Translations under genes and position numbers: made by a program
Notes under the pieces: generated by a model
Databases searched by the model: none
The model's input: the letters and a program-made list of their open reading frames with translations, nothing else
What the model was told of the DNA's origin: nothing
Assembly: GCA_033442325.1 (NCBI GenBank)
Contig: JAWQFM010000010.1
Location: 941,727-1,005,726, forward strand
Origin: Salpingoeca rosetta
Lineage: Eukaryota > Protista > Choanoflagellata
Direction of reading: 5' to 3'
DNA length: 64,000 bases
Shown here: positions 43,374 to 57,823 of the stretch, in pieces
Layout of the letters: every line of letters begins with the position of its first letter
Numbering within the stretch: position 1 is the first letter of the stretch

Positions 43374-46234
43374 ACACACGCACACACACGCACACACACG
43401 CACACACACGCCAGGGCGAGGCAGCTGATCGAGAGGCGCTGGCTGGGGTGTTTGCCCACGCCGCTGCCCAGCAGGCCCGGGCAGACCGCCTGCAGGCTGC
43501 TCTTGGCTTCGTTGATGATGTCGCCACCGCTGCTGCAGCCACCGAGGTTGTCGCCACGCCCGACGACGCGGACAACGTCGGTGACAGCACAGCCAAACAG
43601 CAGCAGGAGCAGCAGCAGAAGAAGAAGGGTGCAGGTGATGAGGGTGATATGGCCCCGCCGGCTGCGCTTGCGGAACGGCTCGCTGCTGCCCTGCACGATG
43701 TTGATGCAGCTGCTGGTGAGAACGATCCGCGTGTGACCAACGTGTGGTGTCGGCTGTGTGCATATGAAGCTGCGTGGCGTTGGATGCGTGTTCCTCACTT
43801 CAGAGTAGCTTCTTGTTGAGCCCCTCCCCCCTTCGCTTCGCCACTCACCCTCTATGCTATTCTGTCCCAATCCCCGTGGTTGTCTTTGTTCGCGTCCAGG
43901 CCTGACGCCGCGTCGCCGCATCGCACACCTCGACTGGCGTGACGGCGCCAGTGCTGAGGCCGACGTTAACAGCAACAGCAGAAGCAGCAGTGCTGAGGCG
44001 GCTGCATCTCCAGCGCAACAGAAGCTGGCCGCCGCCCAGGTATGCCTCACCGCTGCTTTTGGTTTCTTGCCTGGGGCGATGAACCGTGTTGCTGACTGCA
44101 TAACCCTTTTGGTCGCCTTGTTCATGCTTTCTGCTGCTGATCGCTGTGTTTGTCCATCTGTTGATGCGTTTACAGTGGCGTGCAGCTGCCGAGCAAGCAA
44201 ATGCCCGCCGCCTGGCCAAGGACGTGGAGAAGGAGCGCGAACGCAGGCGCACGGGCGAAGCCATTCTCCGCCAAGAACTCGCCACGGCCAACGTGGGGTG
44301 CACTGGCACTTGTTCCAACAGCGCATTGCATGGTGTGCCTGCATTGACAGCCCAGCGCAACATGGGCACGGACAAGCCCGCACATGGATGCTCACCCTTT
44401 CCTTAATGTCTATTTTGCGTTTGCATGTGGTGGTTACGTCTGTCCCAGGCAAAGGAGGATGATGCGCGCACACGCCTGTCGCGAGCACTGTACGCGAACG
44501 AGCTGCTGTGTGCGGCCCAGCCTGCGACCGCCGCCCTCGCCAACGCGGAGCAAGATCGCGACCTGCACGCGCACCGGGTGGAGGAGTTGCAGACGCGCGT
44601 AGGGGAGCTCACCGCCCTTACTGCCGAGGTATTCCGCTCCCCTATTATGTGCTGTTCTCATGTGCGCGTGTGTGTACGCAGATGCTTGTACATACGTTGT
44701 ACATGTTGTGTGCGTAAGTAAAGGTTGGGGTTCCTTTGGCCCCCCCCAACCAATCTGCACGAGTGTTTGGCTCATGCTGTGACGTGCGTGTTTCGGGGTG
44801 ACAGCTTCGTCAAACTGCAACGGAAGCGCAGCTGCGCGCTGCTTCTGCGGCCCAGGAGCTTGAGCAAGCCCGTGCTGCACTTAAGTCGCGCGTGCGCCGG
44901 CCCATTCCCTCCAGACAGTCATCAACGGTATGTGTGCTTGCGTGTGTGTGCGTGCGTGTTGATTTCTCTGCGTCCTCACCATCTTGATGTCAACAACTAC
45001 AACTTGACATTACTCTTGTCTTGCACACGCACATGTGCACAGCGCAATTCCTACACTCAGCTGCCACTTGATCGCTGACCCTTGTTTCCCCTCTCCCTCG
45101 TCTCCACCTCAAACTCCGCTCCACCACGCAGAGCCAAGGGCTGGCGCGCACATCGCCCACACCGCTCACGCGCGGTGGCAGCGGGTCCGGCCGTGCCACG
45201 CCGTCCTCTCCGCTGGTCGTCGGGGTGAGCGCCACCAATCTGCTCGCGTCGTCCCCTCCGCCCGGTGGTGCGGATGTGCAGGCGTTGGAGAGGGCGCTGG
45301 CAGACTTGGAGGCGGAGCACGACAACGAAAAGGTACGCGGTGGAGTAGAGATCTCATAACTGCAAGCGCCTGGGAGGCGGATGGGTTGCGTGGTGTGGCG
45401 GCTGTGTGTGCGCTTACAGCACAAGAAGGCAATGTTTTCGTTTGGTGCAAGCTCACGCCGCTGCTATCTCCACGCCCAAACACACATGCACACACACACA
45501 CACGCACGCACACACACACACACACCCATATTCAACCACCAACATACATTTGCACACATGTGCCCACCAGCTGCAAGCTGCTGGGGCGCACGGGCGGCTG
45601 GTTGCTGCTGAAGACGGGCTGGCGCGACTAGGAGCAGCAGAGGCCAACGCGCTCATTGAACGCATGCGCGCAGACAGGTTGGAGCGCGAGGTGGAGGTGC
45701 TTCGTAAACACAACCAGCAGCACCAGCAGCACCAGCAGCACCAAGTAAGCCAACAGCAGCGAGAGGGCGGCGATGACGCCACGCACGGCACAGTGGCGGC
45801 ACTGGAAGGAACGGTCAGCAGGCTCGAGCAGGACATGCTGGCAAAGGACTCCCATGCGCAGGGTATCTATTGCCGGTCGCTGCTGTCTTGCGTGGTGCAC
45901 GTGCTTCGTTGTCAGATGCGACATGGCATTTGCTTGAGCCGGCTTCATGAGGAGAGAAGAGGGAGTGGCAATGCACGCCCGTGGATCTGATTTTGGGCTG
46001 TTTTTGCCTTGTTGTGGTGCCACACGCGACTTGTTTGCTGCACAGAGCTTGAGGTTCGCCATCGCGTTGAGCAGCAGCAGCTGGCAGCGCAGCTAGAAGC
46101 CGCCTCGGTCCGTCAATGCTCATGCCCATTCGCTTCTGGCGCTGTGGCGTGACTGCAATTCACGTGTCGACTGTATGCGCCGTCCATGGATCGTCATTCG
46201 TTGTTTGCACCTGACTTGTGTCTCACGCCCAACC

Positions 46235-46331
<97 letters not shown>

Positions 46332-47420
46332 GCACGCACGCACACACACACACACGCACGCACGCACGCACATACACGCACATACACACACACACACAAT
46401 CCGCTGTTACCACCTGCACAGGCGCGCGCCGACCGCCTGGCCCGCCGTCTTGAGGCCCAGTCGTCCTCAAAGGAGAACACGCCATCTAACACCAACGGCG
46501 ACAGCAGCGCTCTCGCAACCCAGGTTGACGAGCTGAAGCTCAGCCTCTCGGCCACGATTCGTGAGCTGGAGGACGCACGTGCACAGCTGGCGCAGCTGCA
46601 ACAACAGCAGCAGCAGCAGCAGCAGCAGCAGGCGGAGCAGGGCGACAGCACGAGTCGTGCGTCGGCCTCACCACAGTCATCGAAGCTTGCTGCCTTGGAC
46701 CTGTCCAACATGTCTGGTACGCTGCCCATGCTTTGACGCAACGCACAGGGCACGTTTGCTGTGTCGGATTTGTCAGCTTGAAACACTTTTTGTTTGGTGT
46801 GTGTGCCCATGTGAGTCTCTCTCGTGTTCTCTTGCAAACACTTCCTACTCTGCTTATATTCGCGTTCGTGTGTGGATACGCAGATGGTGATGCCGACATG
46901 GATGCGTTGCGGCAGTTGATTGACGAGGCGTGTGGCACTTCCGAGGCGCTTGCGGCTAACCTTGCCACCATGCAGCACACACCACGCCAAGTCTCTGCAG
47001 AAGCAGGTTCGCGCCCGCGTTTTGTGTGTCTGTTTTGGTGTGTGTATGTGCAAGTGCATCTGTGCATGTGTGTGCGAGTTTATGTTGGTGTGTGCATTCT
47101 TTCCATTGTCTGACGTGTTGTTTGTTGTGTCGTTGTTCTTGCTGTGCTGTGATGTGCAGACAAACTTGCGCAAACGCTGGAAGTGGCGCAGCGGGTGGCG
47201 GCCCGCCTTGAGCAGCAACAGGACAGCACCACACCGGTACGCACCCCCTGCTTGTTTGTTTGAATGGTCTGTGAGTAAGCGTGCTGTCTTTTGCTCGTTC
47301 GCTGTTCCACGTTAACATTGGTGCGATGATGGCAATACATTGTTCCAACGCGTGCTTCATCTCTCTGCTACCCCCCTCTCTCATTCTCTCATTCACACAC
47401 ACACCTCATTCTCTCATTCT

Positions 47421-47472
<52 letters not shown>

Positions 47473-48433
47473 GTGCCTCTGCTGGAACAGGATGAGGTGA
47501 CGGAGGTGGAAAAAGCGCAGCGTGCATCGGCGTCGGCAGAGACGGAGCAGCTGCACTCTGACCTCCGCCAGGCCCGCGACGAAATCACAAAGCTCACAGA
47601 CGACAACGACATACTCGCAAACGAGGTTGGCACTGCGATGTGCTGTTGTGTGCTCTGCTGTGTTGTGTGCTGTGTGCTGTGTTGTGTGCTGTGTTGTGTG
47701 CTGTGTGCTGTGTTGTGTGTGTGTTTTTAATTGAGGTGTTGAAGTATTCGAGCGCCCACATGGTTTTGCCGCATACTTGCTGGACTGGCATTCTGCTGGG
47801 CATCATCGCACATGTTCACGTTCTCCCATGCACATGTCGTGCCCCATGTGACCTGGCAGGTGGAGGCGAAACAAGCGCAGGTGGATGACCTGAAGCGCAA
47901 CATGCACGAGATGGCACAGCAGATTGCCAATGGCGGTGGCGAAAGCGTTCCCCTCGCAGACTACGTGAGAGAAACACACTGCAACACGACGCGTGTTTTC
48001 TGTATCATGTTGATCTCACGGTTGCCATGGCCTCGCTTGCGTTTACTCGGTCGTGAGCGGCGCTGTCTTGTCGCCTTTCTCACAATGCACATCCTTTCTA
48101 ACAACACACACACACACACTCGCTCACTAACGCCAATCAAACTGCAATCACAACCACACACCCACTCCCTCCCTCACATTCGGCATGTTCTTTGACAACA
48201 GCGGCAAGTGCAGGATGTGCTGCGGGACACGGAGAAGCGGCTGCACGAGCAAGAAAAGGCCAATGCCACAATGGGCGCTACCGTGGAGGCGTTGGAGGCG
48301 CGCGTACAGGCAGCCACACAGGCCCAGGCAGAGGCCGAGGAAGAGAAGGAGAACGTGCAGGCCAAGCTCATGGCAGCAGAGGTCGAGCTGGCCCGGCTCC
48401 GCGCTAGCGAGGACCCCTCGGTATGTGCGTACG

Positions 48434-48469
<36 letters not shown>

Positions 48470-50310
48470 TGTGTGTGTGTGCGCGCGCGTGTGTGTATGC
48501 GTGTGCGTGTGTGAGGCGGTCAGAAACGGAGAAAGTGAAGGCAAGTGTGGGGTCGCTGATTGTGCTCGTGCATGGCGGGCTCTATGTCATATTTGCCGTG
48601 CTCGCGTTGCCTGCATGCGCTGACTTCCTCCCCTTCTCTTATATTTTTCTGCACCACGTGCACAGCGCGTGCAAGAGCTCGAAGAGCTGATCCGCACGCT
48701 CTCTGAAGACGTGAGCGAAGGCCACAAGAAGCGCAAGGAACTGCAGCAGGAAATCCAGGACAAGGACCAGCTGCTCCAAGACGCCCACCAGCAGGTACCG
48801 CGCCCTGCTCACGTGACCTTCCTGCTCTCTGTGTTCGCGTGTTTGGGTTGTGTTTGTATGGTGGTTGTACGTGCCTCGTAGTTGCCGAAGATTTGCGCTC
48901 ATGGTTTCCCTAGAAGCGCTCGAGCTCTTCTCGCACATTGCGCGCGGGATGCGGACTGCATCTCACGCACTCACTCACTCACTCACTCACTCACTCACTC
49001 ACTCACTCACACAATCTTTATTGACTTACACGCAACACCCGACCACTGCGTGCATGTACACCAGGCACGCCAGGCCCGGCTGGACAAGGAGGTTGCCGAG
49101 GACCGCGCCACGCGTCTCCAGGCCTCCGTCTCAGACCTCAGTACGCAGCCGTGTGTGTGTGTGTATGTTTCATGGTGGTCATGTTTCGCTGGCTACGCTT
49201 GTTTACTAATCCGCATCATCGTTGCCCTCATGTTCTTCTTCCTGCTTTGTTTTTCTTTCTCTGCGCACTCCATGCAGCGGAGGCGAATGAGCGCCTGCGT
49301 TCCGATAACAGGCAGATGCGCGATGAAGTCGATGAGCTGAAACGCCGCGTGAAGGTGGGTCTGCACACACATAACACACACGCACACGCACACGCACATA
49401 ACACACACACACACACACACACACTCTCTCTCTGTGCTGGTTTGCGCTGACAAGCATCCTCGTTAGCGGTCCTACCTCCTCCACACACCCCTTTCTCACC
49501 TGCCACATCTCCGCGTACACCGACATCACTGCGCACGGTGCCAGACGCTTGAGGAGGAGCTGCGGCAGCTGGTGGCGGCCATTGCGCGACTGCTCGGTAT
49601 TCCCGAACAGAAGGTCACCGCTGCCTACCTGGCCTCCCTCCCACCCATGTCACAGGTACGGCAGAGTGATGAGGTTTCGTGAGGTTTCTTCGTCCGATAT
49701 TTTTGGGTTTTTATTCCAAACAATGCCAAGGTTTGCGCTCGCGCATCTCCCTGCACACCATTGTGCTCTCCCATATTTCCCCTAAAGCCCCTCACTTTCC
49801 TGCATCATGTGGGCATATGCGCGTGGTTGCCACCGCCAGGATGGCATTGCCATTGATCGGGAGCTTCTTCAGCGCGCCAACGACCCCCACGCCCGCGCAG
49901 TCCTCAACGGCAGGTACGACAGCCACGTCGCTTTGTGCCACGGCTGCTGCTGCTTGTGGGAGGTCGTGGTCTACTTTTCAGGCGGTGGTGGTTTCGCTTC
50001 ACTGTTGTGTGACCCACATCACATTTTTTTGTGTGTGTGTGTGTGTTTGTGTGTGTTTGCGCGTGGGTGCAGTATGGACGAACTTCGTGGCGCTGGCAGG
50101 CAGTCGCGTCGTGCATGGACACCGGAATGTACGTGCGCAGCGGTGAAACAAGAATAGGGCGTGAGGGGTGGGATGACTGTGTGCACGGAATTTGCGCGCG
50201 TGTGCGTTGGACATCTGAGCACACCAACAATACGTTTGCCATCAGTCATTCCTTCCACGTACACACACACCATACACACACACGCACACACGCTCACACA
50301 CGCACACACG

Positions 50311-50359
<49 letters not shown>

Positions 50360-52541
50360 ATATGTACACGCGTGCCTCCTGTTGTTGGGTGGTTGCAGCT
50401 GGACGGTTCATGCGCTTCCGTGACGGGTCTGCGTCGCGTCCGGAGTCCGCGCTGTCGTCGCATTACGGCGGCGGTCGTCGAAGCAGCGACCGAACCCGTC
50501 CACCGTCGTCTGCATCCGAGCACTCGCGGCACCGCAGCCGCCACCCGCGCCCGTACCCACGCACAGCCGTCGCCATCTACGACCACGTCCCAGACCCGCA
50601 GGCATCAGACCAGTACGTGCAAGCACACGCTTACACACGCACATATACCACACACGCTCACATATATGCACACAAAATATACAGACTATCGCAACAATTC
50701 ACATCTCCCGACACACGCACACACTATTTGAGTGTATCGTTGGGCTGTGACACCTCTCATCTCACCATTGATTGCCTCTTTCCCTTCCCCCTCACCCTCC
50801 CTTGCTCCTCACCCCTGTGTTGCCCTACCACAGGGAGGTTGCGCTGCGCCAGGGCGATTCTGTGCTGATTCTTGGTCCGCCGCGCAGGGATGGGCTGCAG
50901 CTCGTCGCCATTCGCGGCAACCGCGGCCTCGCCCCTGCCTCGCACCTCAAGGAGGTGGGGGCCTGTACTTTGGTTCTTGTTTGTGGTGTGTGTGTGTGGG
51001 GGGGGGGTTTATGTACACGTGGATGTATCAGTTGTGTGCGTGCGTAATTTCGCGGCATTTGCTGTTTCTCCATCGTTGAATGAGTTCACTTGTGCTCACG
51101 CCCATGCTTTTGTTTTCCCCAACCTTTCGTCCGTTTCTCGCTGCCACCCCCCTCCCCCAACAGCTGCGCGGCAAACAGCCCCGCACGCGTCTGCTGCAGC
51201 AGTTGAGTGGTGACGGTGTGCATGCACGCACGCGCTCCGGTGCCGGCTCTCGCGACGACCTCACATCTGCCTCGGCACAAACCGCCAACACCGCATTTCC
51301 CCCAGGCGCAGCAAAGATGATGCGTGCAAGGTGCGCAACATCACGAGAGCATGTGTGTGTGTGTGCACGCAGGCTTTTCGCTTGCGACGTGTATTTTGTC
51401 TCCTGGGGTGGCTGCTCATAGCGTGCTTCTCAACTCGCTTGCTTGCAGGCACGACTTTGATCCTTCGGAAGTGGCGGAAAGCTCTGCACCCAAGGATGAG
51501 ATGCTGTCCTTGAAGAAGGTGGGTTGCGCATGCGCTGCTCCTTATTGTTCTTGCCATGTCATTGTTGTGTTGCTTCTTGCAGCGCAGCTGCCAACGACCG
51601 CGCACATGCTTGTGTCGGAAACAGCAATGCGGCTTTCCATGGTACCGATTAACCACTACTGCACTCACCCACCACCTTTATTCGCCACACGCTGCCAGGG
51701 CGATCTTCTCACTGTGAATGTGTGGGCACCGCGTGAGGATGGGTTTGCCAAGGCCATGGTCGGTGCACGTGACGTTGCATTTGTTGCCATTGGTCATTCT
51801 TTATTTTGCTGCTTGATCCTGTTCTGGCTTGTGTTAAAGCGTTTGTTGCTGTGATGAGTGCCTCACCTCCCGAGCCTGGGTGCTGTTGTTATTGTTGTTT
51901 CTATGTTCGTTTCTGTGTGCACAGGCTGAAGATGGCGACATGGGCCTTGTTCCGCTCGCCTTCTTAGAAGACGCAAGCGTCGAACCAGAACCGTGCGTCT
52001 CGTAGTGCAGCTTCTCATATACATGTGTTGTCGTGTGCTGCTCCATGTGTATATGTGTATGCATGTATGCATGTATGCATGTATGCATGTATGCAAGTGC
52101 TTGTGTAGTTGTTCAATGATTTTGTGGACATCTCGCTGTTTTTCTCTTCGCTCATGTTCCCCGCATGCATATGCTTTGCTTGTACTGTGACAGAAGCACA
52201 AACCAGCAGCTTCCCCTGCCAGGCCAGACATACCAGGTCACATACGCACCTTGCGCTGCACGCATCGCATCGCTCTTGCCTGCTTTCCCTCCGTGTCTTC
52301 TGTTGCCTGCAGCCTCTAGCCACCTGTTCTTGTTGCGCTCACGTGCGCCCCTCACACACTCAAACTATGTTGTATGCAATCACAGGAGCGCCTTGGCGGT
52401 ACTGTGCGACCTGAGGAGCACACGCCCACCACAGGTGCGCGCACACATCAATGCAAGCAAGCCGTTGACTATGTGTATCTGTATATTTACCTCCGCCATC
52501 ACATGCACACACACACGCACACACTCACACACACACACACA

Positions 52542-52630
<89 letters not shown>

Positions 52631-52900
52631 CCTCACTTGCATCTGCTTCTTCTTTCGCTGCACCTGTTTCCAGTACGCGTTGGTATGCGTGAGCCGGAAG
52701 GACCCACGGTCAGGCTCAACGGTGGCATCACAGCACAGGGCAGCGCACCATCCACAGCAGCATCCACGGCAGCCGCCGCCGCCCAAAAGGGGGCGACTGC
52801 CGATGATGCGGAGGAAGACGAGGCCGCGGTGCAGCCCATGAGCAGGGATGCCCTTGACGCCGCCATCCACACGCGCCCCTCAAAGCGCAGATCAGGTGAG

Positions 52901-52955
<55 letters not shown>

Positions 52956-53189
52956 GTGTGCTGGTAGTGTTGTGGATTGGGTGTCAGGCGTGAGAGCACG
53001 GTACCATGTCGTCGTTTCGTGCGTCTTACTCCATGATCAGCAAAGCAATCTCTCACATTTGGTTCGCTTGTCTTATCTCTTTTCCTGTGCACGCTGCGCT
53101 GTGTTGTGCGATTGCCAGGTTTGGCCAAGTTGATTCTTGGCTCCCCAAAGCACAAGTACAAGCCTGGCGCTGTGGTTGCGCCCATGTGA
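38605..53189 (+). CDS. Large coiled-coil protein with two C-terminal SH3 domains of RIM-binding-protein type (~35 exons)
   Basis: Many consecutive heptad-rich exons starting [22 protein letters not shown]3-1 is [10 protein letters not shown]...[31 protein letters not shown]3-2 is [11 protein letters not shown]...EMLSLKKGDLLTV..REDGF...[11 protein letters not shown]. Last exon ends ...VVAPM* at 53189. It could be two genes, but I saw no clear internal terminal exon. Confidence 0.72.
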
Positions 53190-53839
53190 TTGACCAGCGC
53201 GCGCGTCGCTTTCACTCTGTGTTGAGGATCCTGTGGTTATGTGCGCGTGGTTGTGGTTTGATACAGGTGGTTTGTGTACCCCGCCTGGCTTGCTTTTCAC
53301 TCGATGGCGCTTAATTATCCGGTGTTGTTGATTGATTGCTGGCTTGTTCTTGTTTTTCTTGTTGTGTTTGTTTCGTTCCATTAGACACACACACACACAC
53401 ACGTTGCGACTCACTGCTGCCGTGTTTTCTTCCTTCTTCCAATCCCAATCAATGCATTCTGTGTCGCTGATTCAAGTTTTGCTTGCATCCGTCTCTTTCT
53501 GTTGTTCTGTGACGCGTCACAGTTGCTTGTGCCTCCTGTGGTGTTTGTTTGTTTGTTCATAAATCTGCGAGGACACACCATGGTCCAAAAGCTACGAAAG
53601 CACCACTGGCAACAAAGCAAGTCAGAGAACAAAGCCGGTGTCGTGGTGCGTGTATGTTTGGAAAGACATACAGGAGACACACAAGAGGCACGAGTCAATT
53701 GCTACTACAGAACCCAACAGCATCAGCAACAGAGACCGCAAGCATCATGCCATCGAAACATGGCAGGCCGCTGAGTAACAGGTGTCGCCGGCCAAGCCAC
53801 CACGAACAACAGAAAAAGGCACGATAGCATCATCCGACG

Positions 53840-54499
53840 CTACACGGCTGTTCTGTGCACGGTCCACGGTGCAGACACGACGGACTGGAACAGGGACGCA
53901 ACGTGAGCCCGTTCTGCTGCGGCCTGGCGTTCGAGTTGAAGTTGGAATTGGAGCTGGCGTTGGCGGGCGAGGGTGGCTGCTGTCTCCTCCTCTGTTTGCT
54001 TCTCCTTGTGTTCAAGCGGATCTCCCAGCCAAATATCATCATCATCATCATCATCATCATCGTCATCGTCGTCATCAACAATGTTCTCGCCGTCAGCGCT
54101 GCGCGCATTCGCGTTTGCATCGCCACGCGTGGTGTCGGTGTAGTTGAAGTCTTCGTCACGGGACATGCTGCTGCGAGCAAGCGACGCTGAGGAGGGTACG
54201 TGGGGCAGCAAGATGTGCTCGTGCTCGGGCATGTGGCGTTTGATCCACCAGCGCACAACGCCCTCCGCGTGCGATGCCATGGGCGTCTCTTCAACGGTCG
54301 CCTTCACCTGCACGTCGCGTGTGCTCGACCAACCGCGTGCCGTGTATTCCAGTTTGATGGCGTACTTGCCTGCCTTGCAACACACATACCGGTAGTGCTG
54401 CGGCGTCACGCTGCAGTCCACAGTCCTATTACGTAGTGATAGGTAGATGGGGCGGTTAGACAAGGGATCCAACGGTGGAAGAAGTTACAACCACAGTGC

Positions 54500-54588
<89 letters not shown>

Positions 54589-54883
54589 CAAGCGAACAGA
54601 TACTGCGTTCGTTTGCCTGTCAAGGGCGCAATCCGGGACCGTACATGCACAAGAGGCAAAAGGGGGACTCACCTGGACGCCATGCACAAGGCATTGTCAT
54701 CCAACCGCACAAGCGACATTGTGATTTGGCCAGATGTGTTGATCCAAAAGTCGATGCATGCGCCTTTGAAGTTTCGTGTGTGAGTGTGTGTGCAGGTGCA
54801 GGTGGTGTGGGATGATAGAGGTGGTAAGGGTAGCACATGAGCAAGTCATCACGAGTTTCTCAGGGCGACTACCACGCACACAC

Positions 54884-54923
<40 letters not shown>

Positions 54924-57417
54924 CGAACGAACAACGGTGGTACCTTCACACGGGACGTCGATTTCATGCAGTGCAGGGCTTCGTTTCTGCACTTCGACGT
55001 GAACAGCGCCAGCCATCACGTCCGCAGCGCTCAGATGATGCTCATCCGGTACGGGCTCGGCAGAGAAGCACACGCCAGCATCATCTGACACACGGCATGT
55101 TGTGTGTTGTGTGTGTATGTGGGTTTGTGTATGTGCGTGTATTTGTATGTGTGTGTGTGTGCGTTGAAGCACGGAGGTGGTAGCCGATGAGGTGTAGCTC
55201 GCTACAAGGGTACAACAGAACACAGCAGCAAAAGAGGGCCAAACACGCGTCACGTCACAATGACTGACCGTCAGGCACGGGACCGCCATAGCGCTGTGGA
55301 ATCCATTTGGGCTCAATGTACTTGCTCAGCTCCTTGAAATTGCTCTCCTTGTTGCATCCTGTGCAAGAAAGCACACGGTGGGCAAGCCGATTGGGCCGCG
55401 TGGGCATGTCGGTGAACAGCGCAACGCTGCCCGACAAAAAGAGACGCAGACGGCGAGTGCGTGTTGTCTGCAAGCACAAAGCTGCGAGTGCGCTCCAACC
55501 AACCGCTCACACTCGCACCAACACACACTCACACATGCACATACATGCACACATGCACACACATACAAACAGTCTCACTCACCAAGGATGATGAATTTCT
55601 CCCGTGTTGCTTCGTGCAGGAACGGTTTCACAATTGCAAACGCAATGGGGAAGATGCGGGGCGGGTTCAAGATGAAGAGCTGTGGTGGTGAAGGAAGAGT
55701 AGAAGGACAGGCGTTCAGTGAGATGAAATGAAACAGCGTCGAAATATCATACATTCATTTACATTGCATATCCACACACAAACAAACAAACAAACCAAAC
55801 AAACAACCAAACAAACAAACAAACAAACAAACAAACAAACAAACAAACACAATGTAGGTGATTTGAACGTACGCGACGCAGGCTCTCGGGGAAGTTTGAC
55901 TCGAACATGTCGCTCATCGTGGTGATGAGGTTGAGAAAGGGGCGATGCATGTGGCGCGTGGACAGCCCTGAGGATGAGGGAGGCGCACATCATCACGGCA
56001 GTCATATGCGTGAGCTAAACGTGCAGCATCAATGATAATCACGCTCATGTGAAACACACACACAGACACACACAGACAGACAGACAGACAGACACACACA
56101 CACACACATAGACAGACAGACACACACACACAGACACACACAGACACAGACAGACAGACAGACAGACACACACACACACAACCACACACACAAACACACA
56201 CACACACACATGTACATAGTGGAAGCAAGTTACCTTCGAGATCAAAGATGACCGTAATTTGGTGGTGCACTTGTCCTGTTGCAATGGTTCTGTTGTCCAG
56301 GAGACATCGTGGGCACGCACAGATGTGAGCAGATAAGACGCAGAGAACCCCCTGAGCTGCTAGAAGCGCACAAACACCAGGAAAGAACCAGTTCAAAGCA
56401 AATCACACACACATACTCTTGTGGAGCTCACCTCAGTTCCAGTAGCTTCATGTGGATCATGGAATCGTAGACCTTGTACAACAACAGCTCGTCCAGAGAT
56501 GCAGACCTGGCCATCGATTGCGCGGTGAACAGAGCAGATACATGCAGCTGCTGTTGAGCACCATGAATAAACAAACAACGCAACAAGACAACAAGACAAC
56601 AAGACAACAAGACAACAAGACAACAAGATAACAAGACAACAAGACAACAAGGCAGCAAGGCAGCAAGACAGCGTCGCCGGGTGCCACAACACAAACCATG
56701 CACGGCCACGACAGTCACGCGATACAAGGGCGTGTACGTCTCTCCAACGCACTTCATGAGCCCGTGGGCGTCAGCACTGCCGAGGGCCTCGTGGGAGATG
56801 GGGCAGCCCTCGCGATCAATGCCAAAGAAGCTCAGTGGGTAGAAGCGCAGAGCAGATGCGGGTGGTTCATATGTCTCAAGCAACGTGTCCACACACAGCT
56901 CCGCCTACACAGAGCACAGGGCGACATTTGGGGCGTCGGGATCAGATTCAAAGCACAGTGCAAACACACATCAGCATGTTGACGCGCCGTGCATGGTGAT
57001 GCATTTTGCAACGCGTGTGCTGCGAAATGACACGTACCATGGAGTCCTGTGACTTGCGCAGCATCTTCTCTGTGCGCGAGATGTGATGCTTCCTCGCACG
57101 AAGAAAGCGGATCAGCGCCACATCGTCGTGATCGTGCTCATCTCCCAGCTGATTGACATTGGTGTTGGTGTTGACGTTGACGACGGCGCGATCAACAGCA
57201 AACAAAGTGGAGTGAGTGGGCTGCGAGCGCGCATTTGGCAAGCGGGAGGAGGGGGAGGGGCAGGCGCACAACGACAGTGCAGCGGAGCAGGCCATGGATC
57301 AACCACACGCTCAAATCAATCCACCTGCTCCTTGAGGCTGTCCAGTGCACGTCGCTCGTCGTTGTTCAGCGAAGACACAAACGCCTTGACCACCTCCGGC
57401 GCATACCGCACTGCCAT
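53840..57417 (-). CDS. SEC14-like lipid-binding protein (CRAL-TRIO_N + CRAL-TRIO, probable GOLD-like region, acidic tail)
   Basis: [74 protein letters not shown] and [17 protein letters not shown] later beta-rich segment includes [10 protein letters not shown]. Confidence 0.88.
56581..56670. repeat. 8-bp (CAAGACAA)n minisatellite in a SEC14 intron
   Basis: About 10 tandem copies degrading to CAAGGCAG. Confidence 0.9.
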
Positions 57418-57564
57418 CCTGTCTTTTGTTTTTCCTATGGTGTTTGGAGTGTGGAGGGGTTGTGTGGTGAATGGTCTGGTGAATGGTGTCGCGAGGGGAG
57501 CACACAAGGGGCACACTGACATCGACACACACGCACATGGATGCACACATACACGCACATGGAT

Positions 57565-57690
<126 letters not shown>

Positions 57691-57823
57691 AAACACCTCC
57701 GTCGTCTTGGCAGGACCGCAGGCTCCTCGCTTAAAATTGCATTGAATCAAATCACACGCAACCTTTTTTAATCGTGGAAGGACACTCGACGAACAACAAC
57801 GAACTGCACCCACGACACACACG

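Noticed and set aside
56581-56670. Regular repeat array resembling CRISPR
   Set aside because: 8-bp tandem units with no spacers, no cas genes, and located in a eukaryotic intron.
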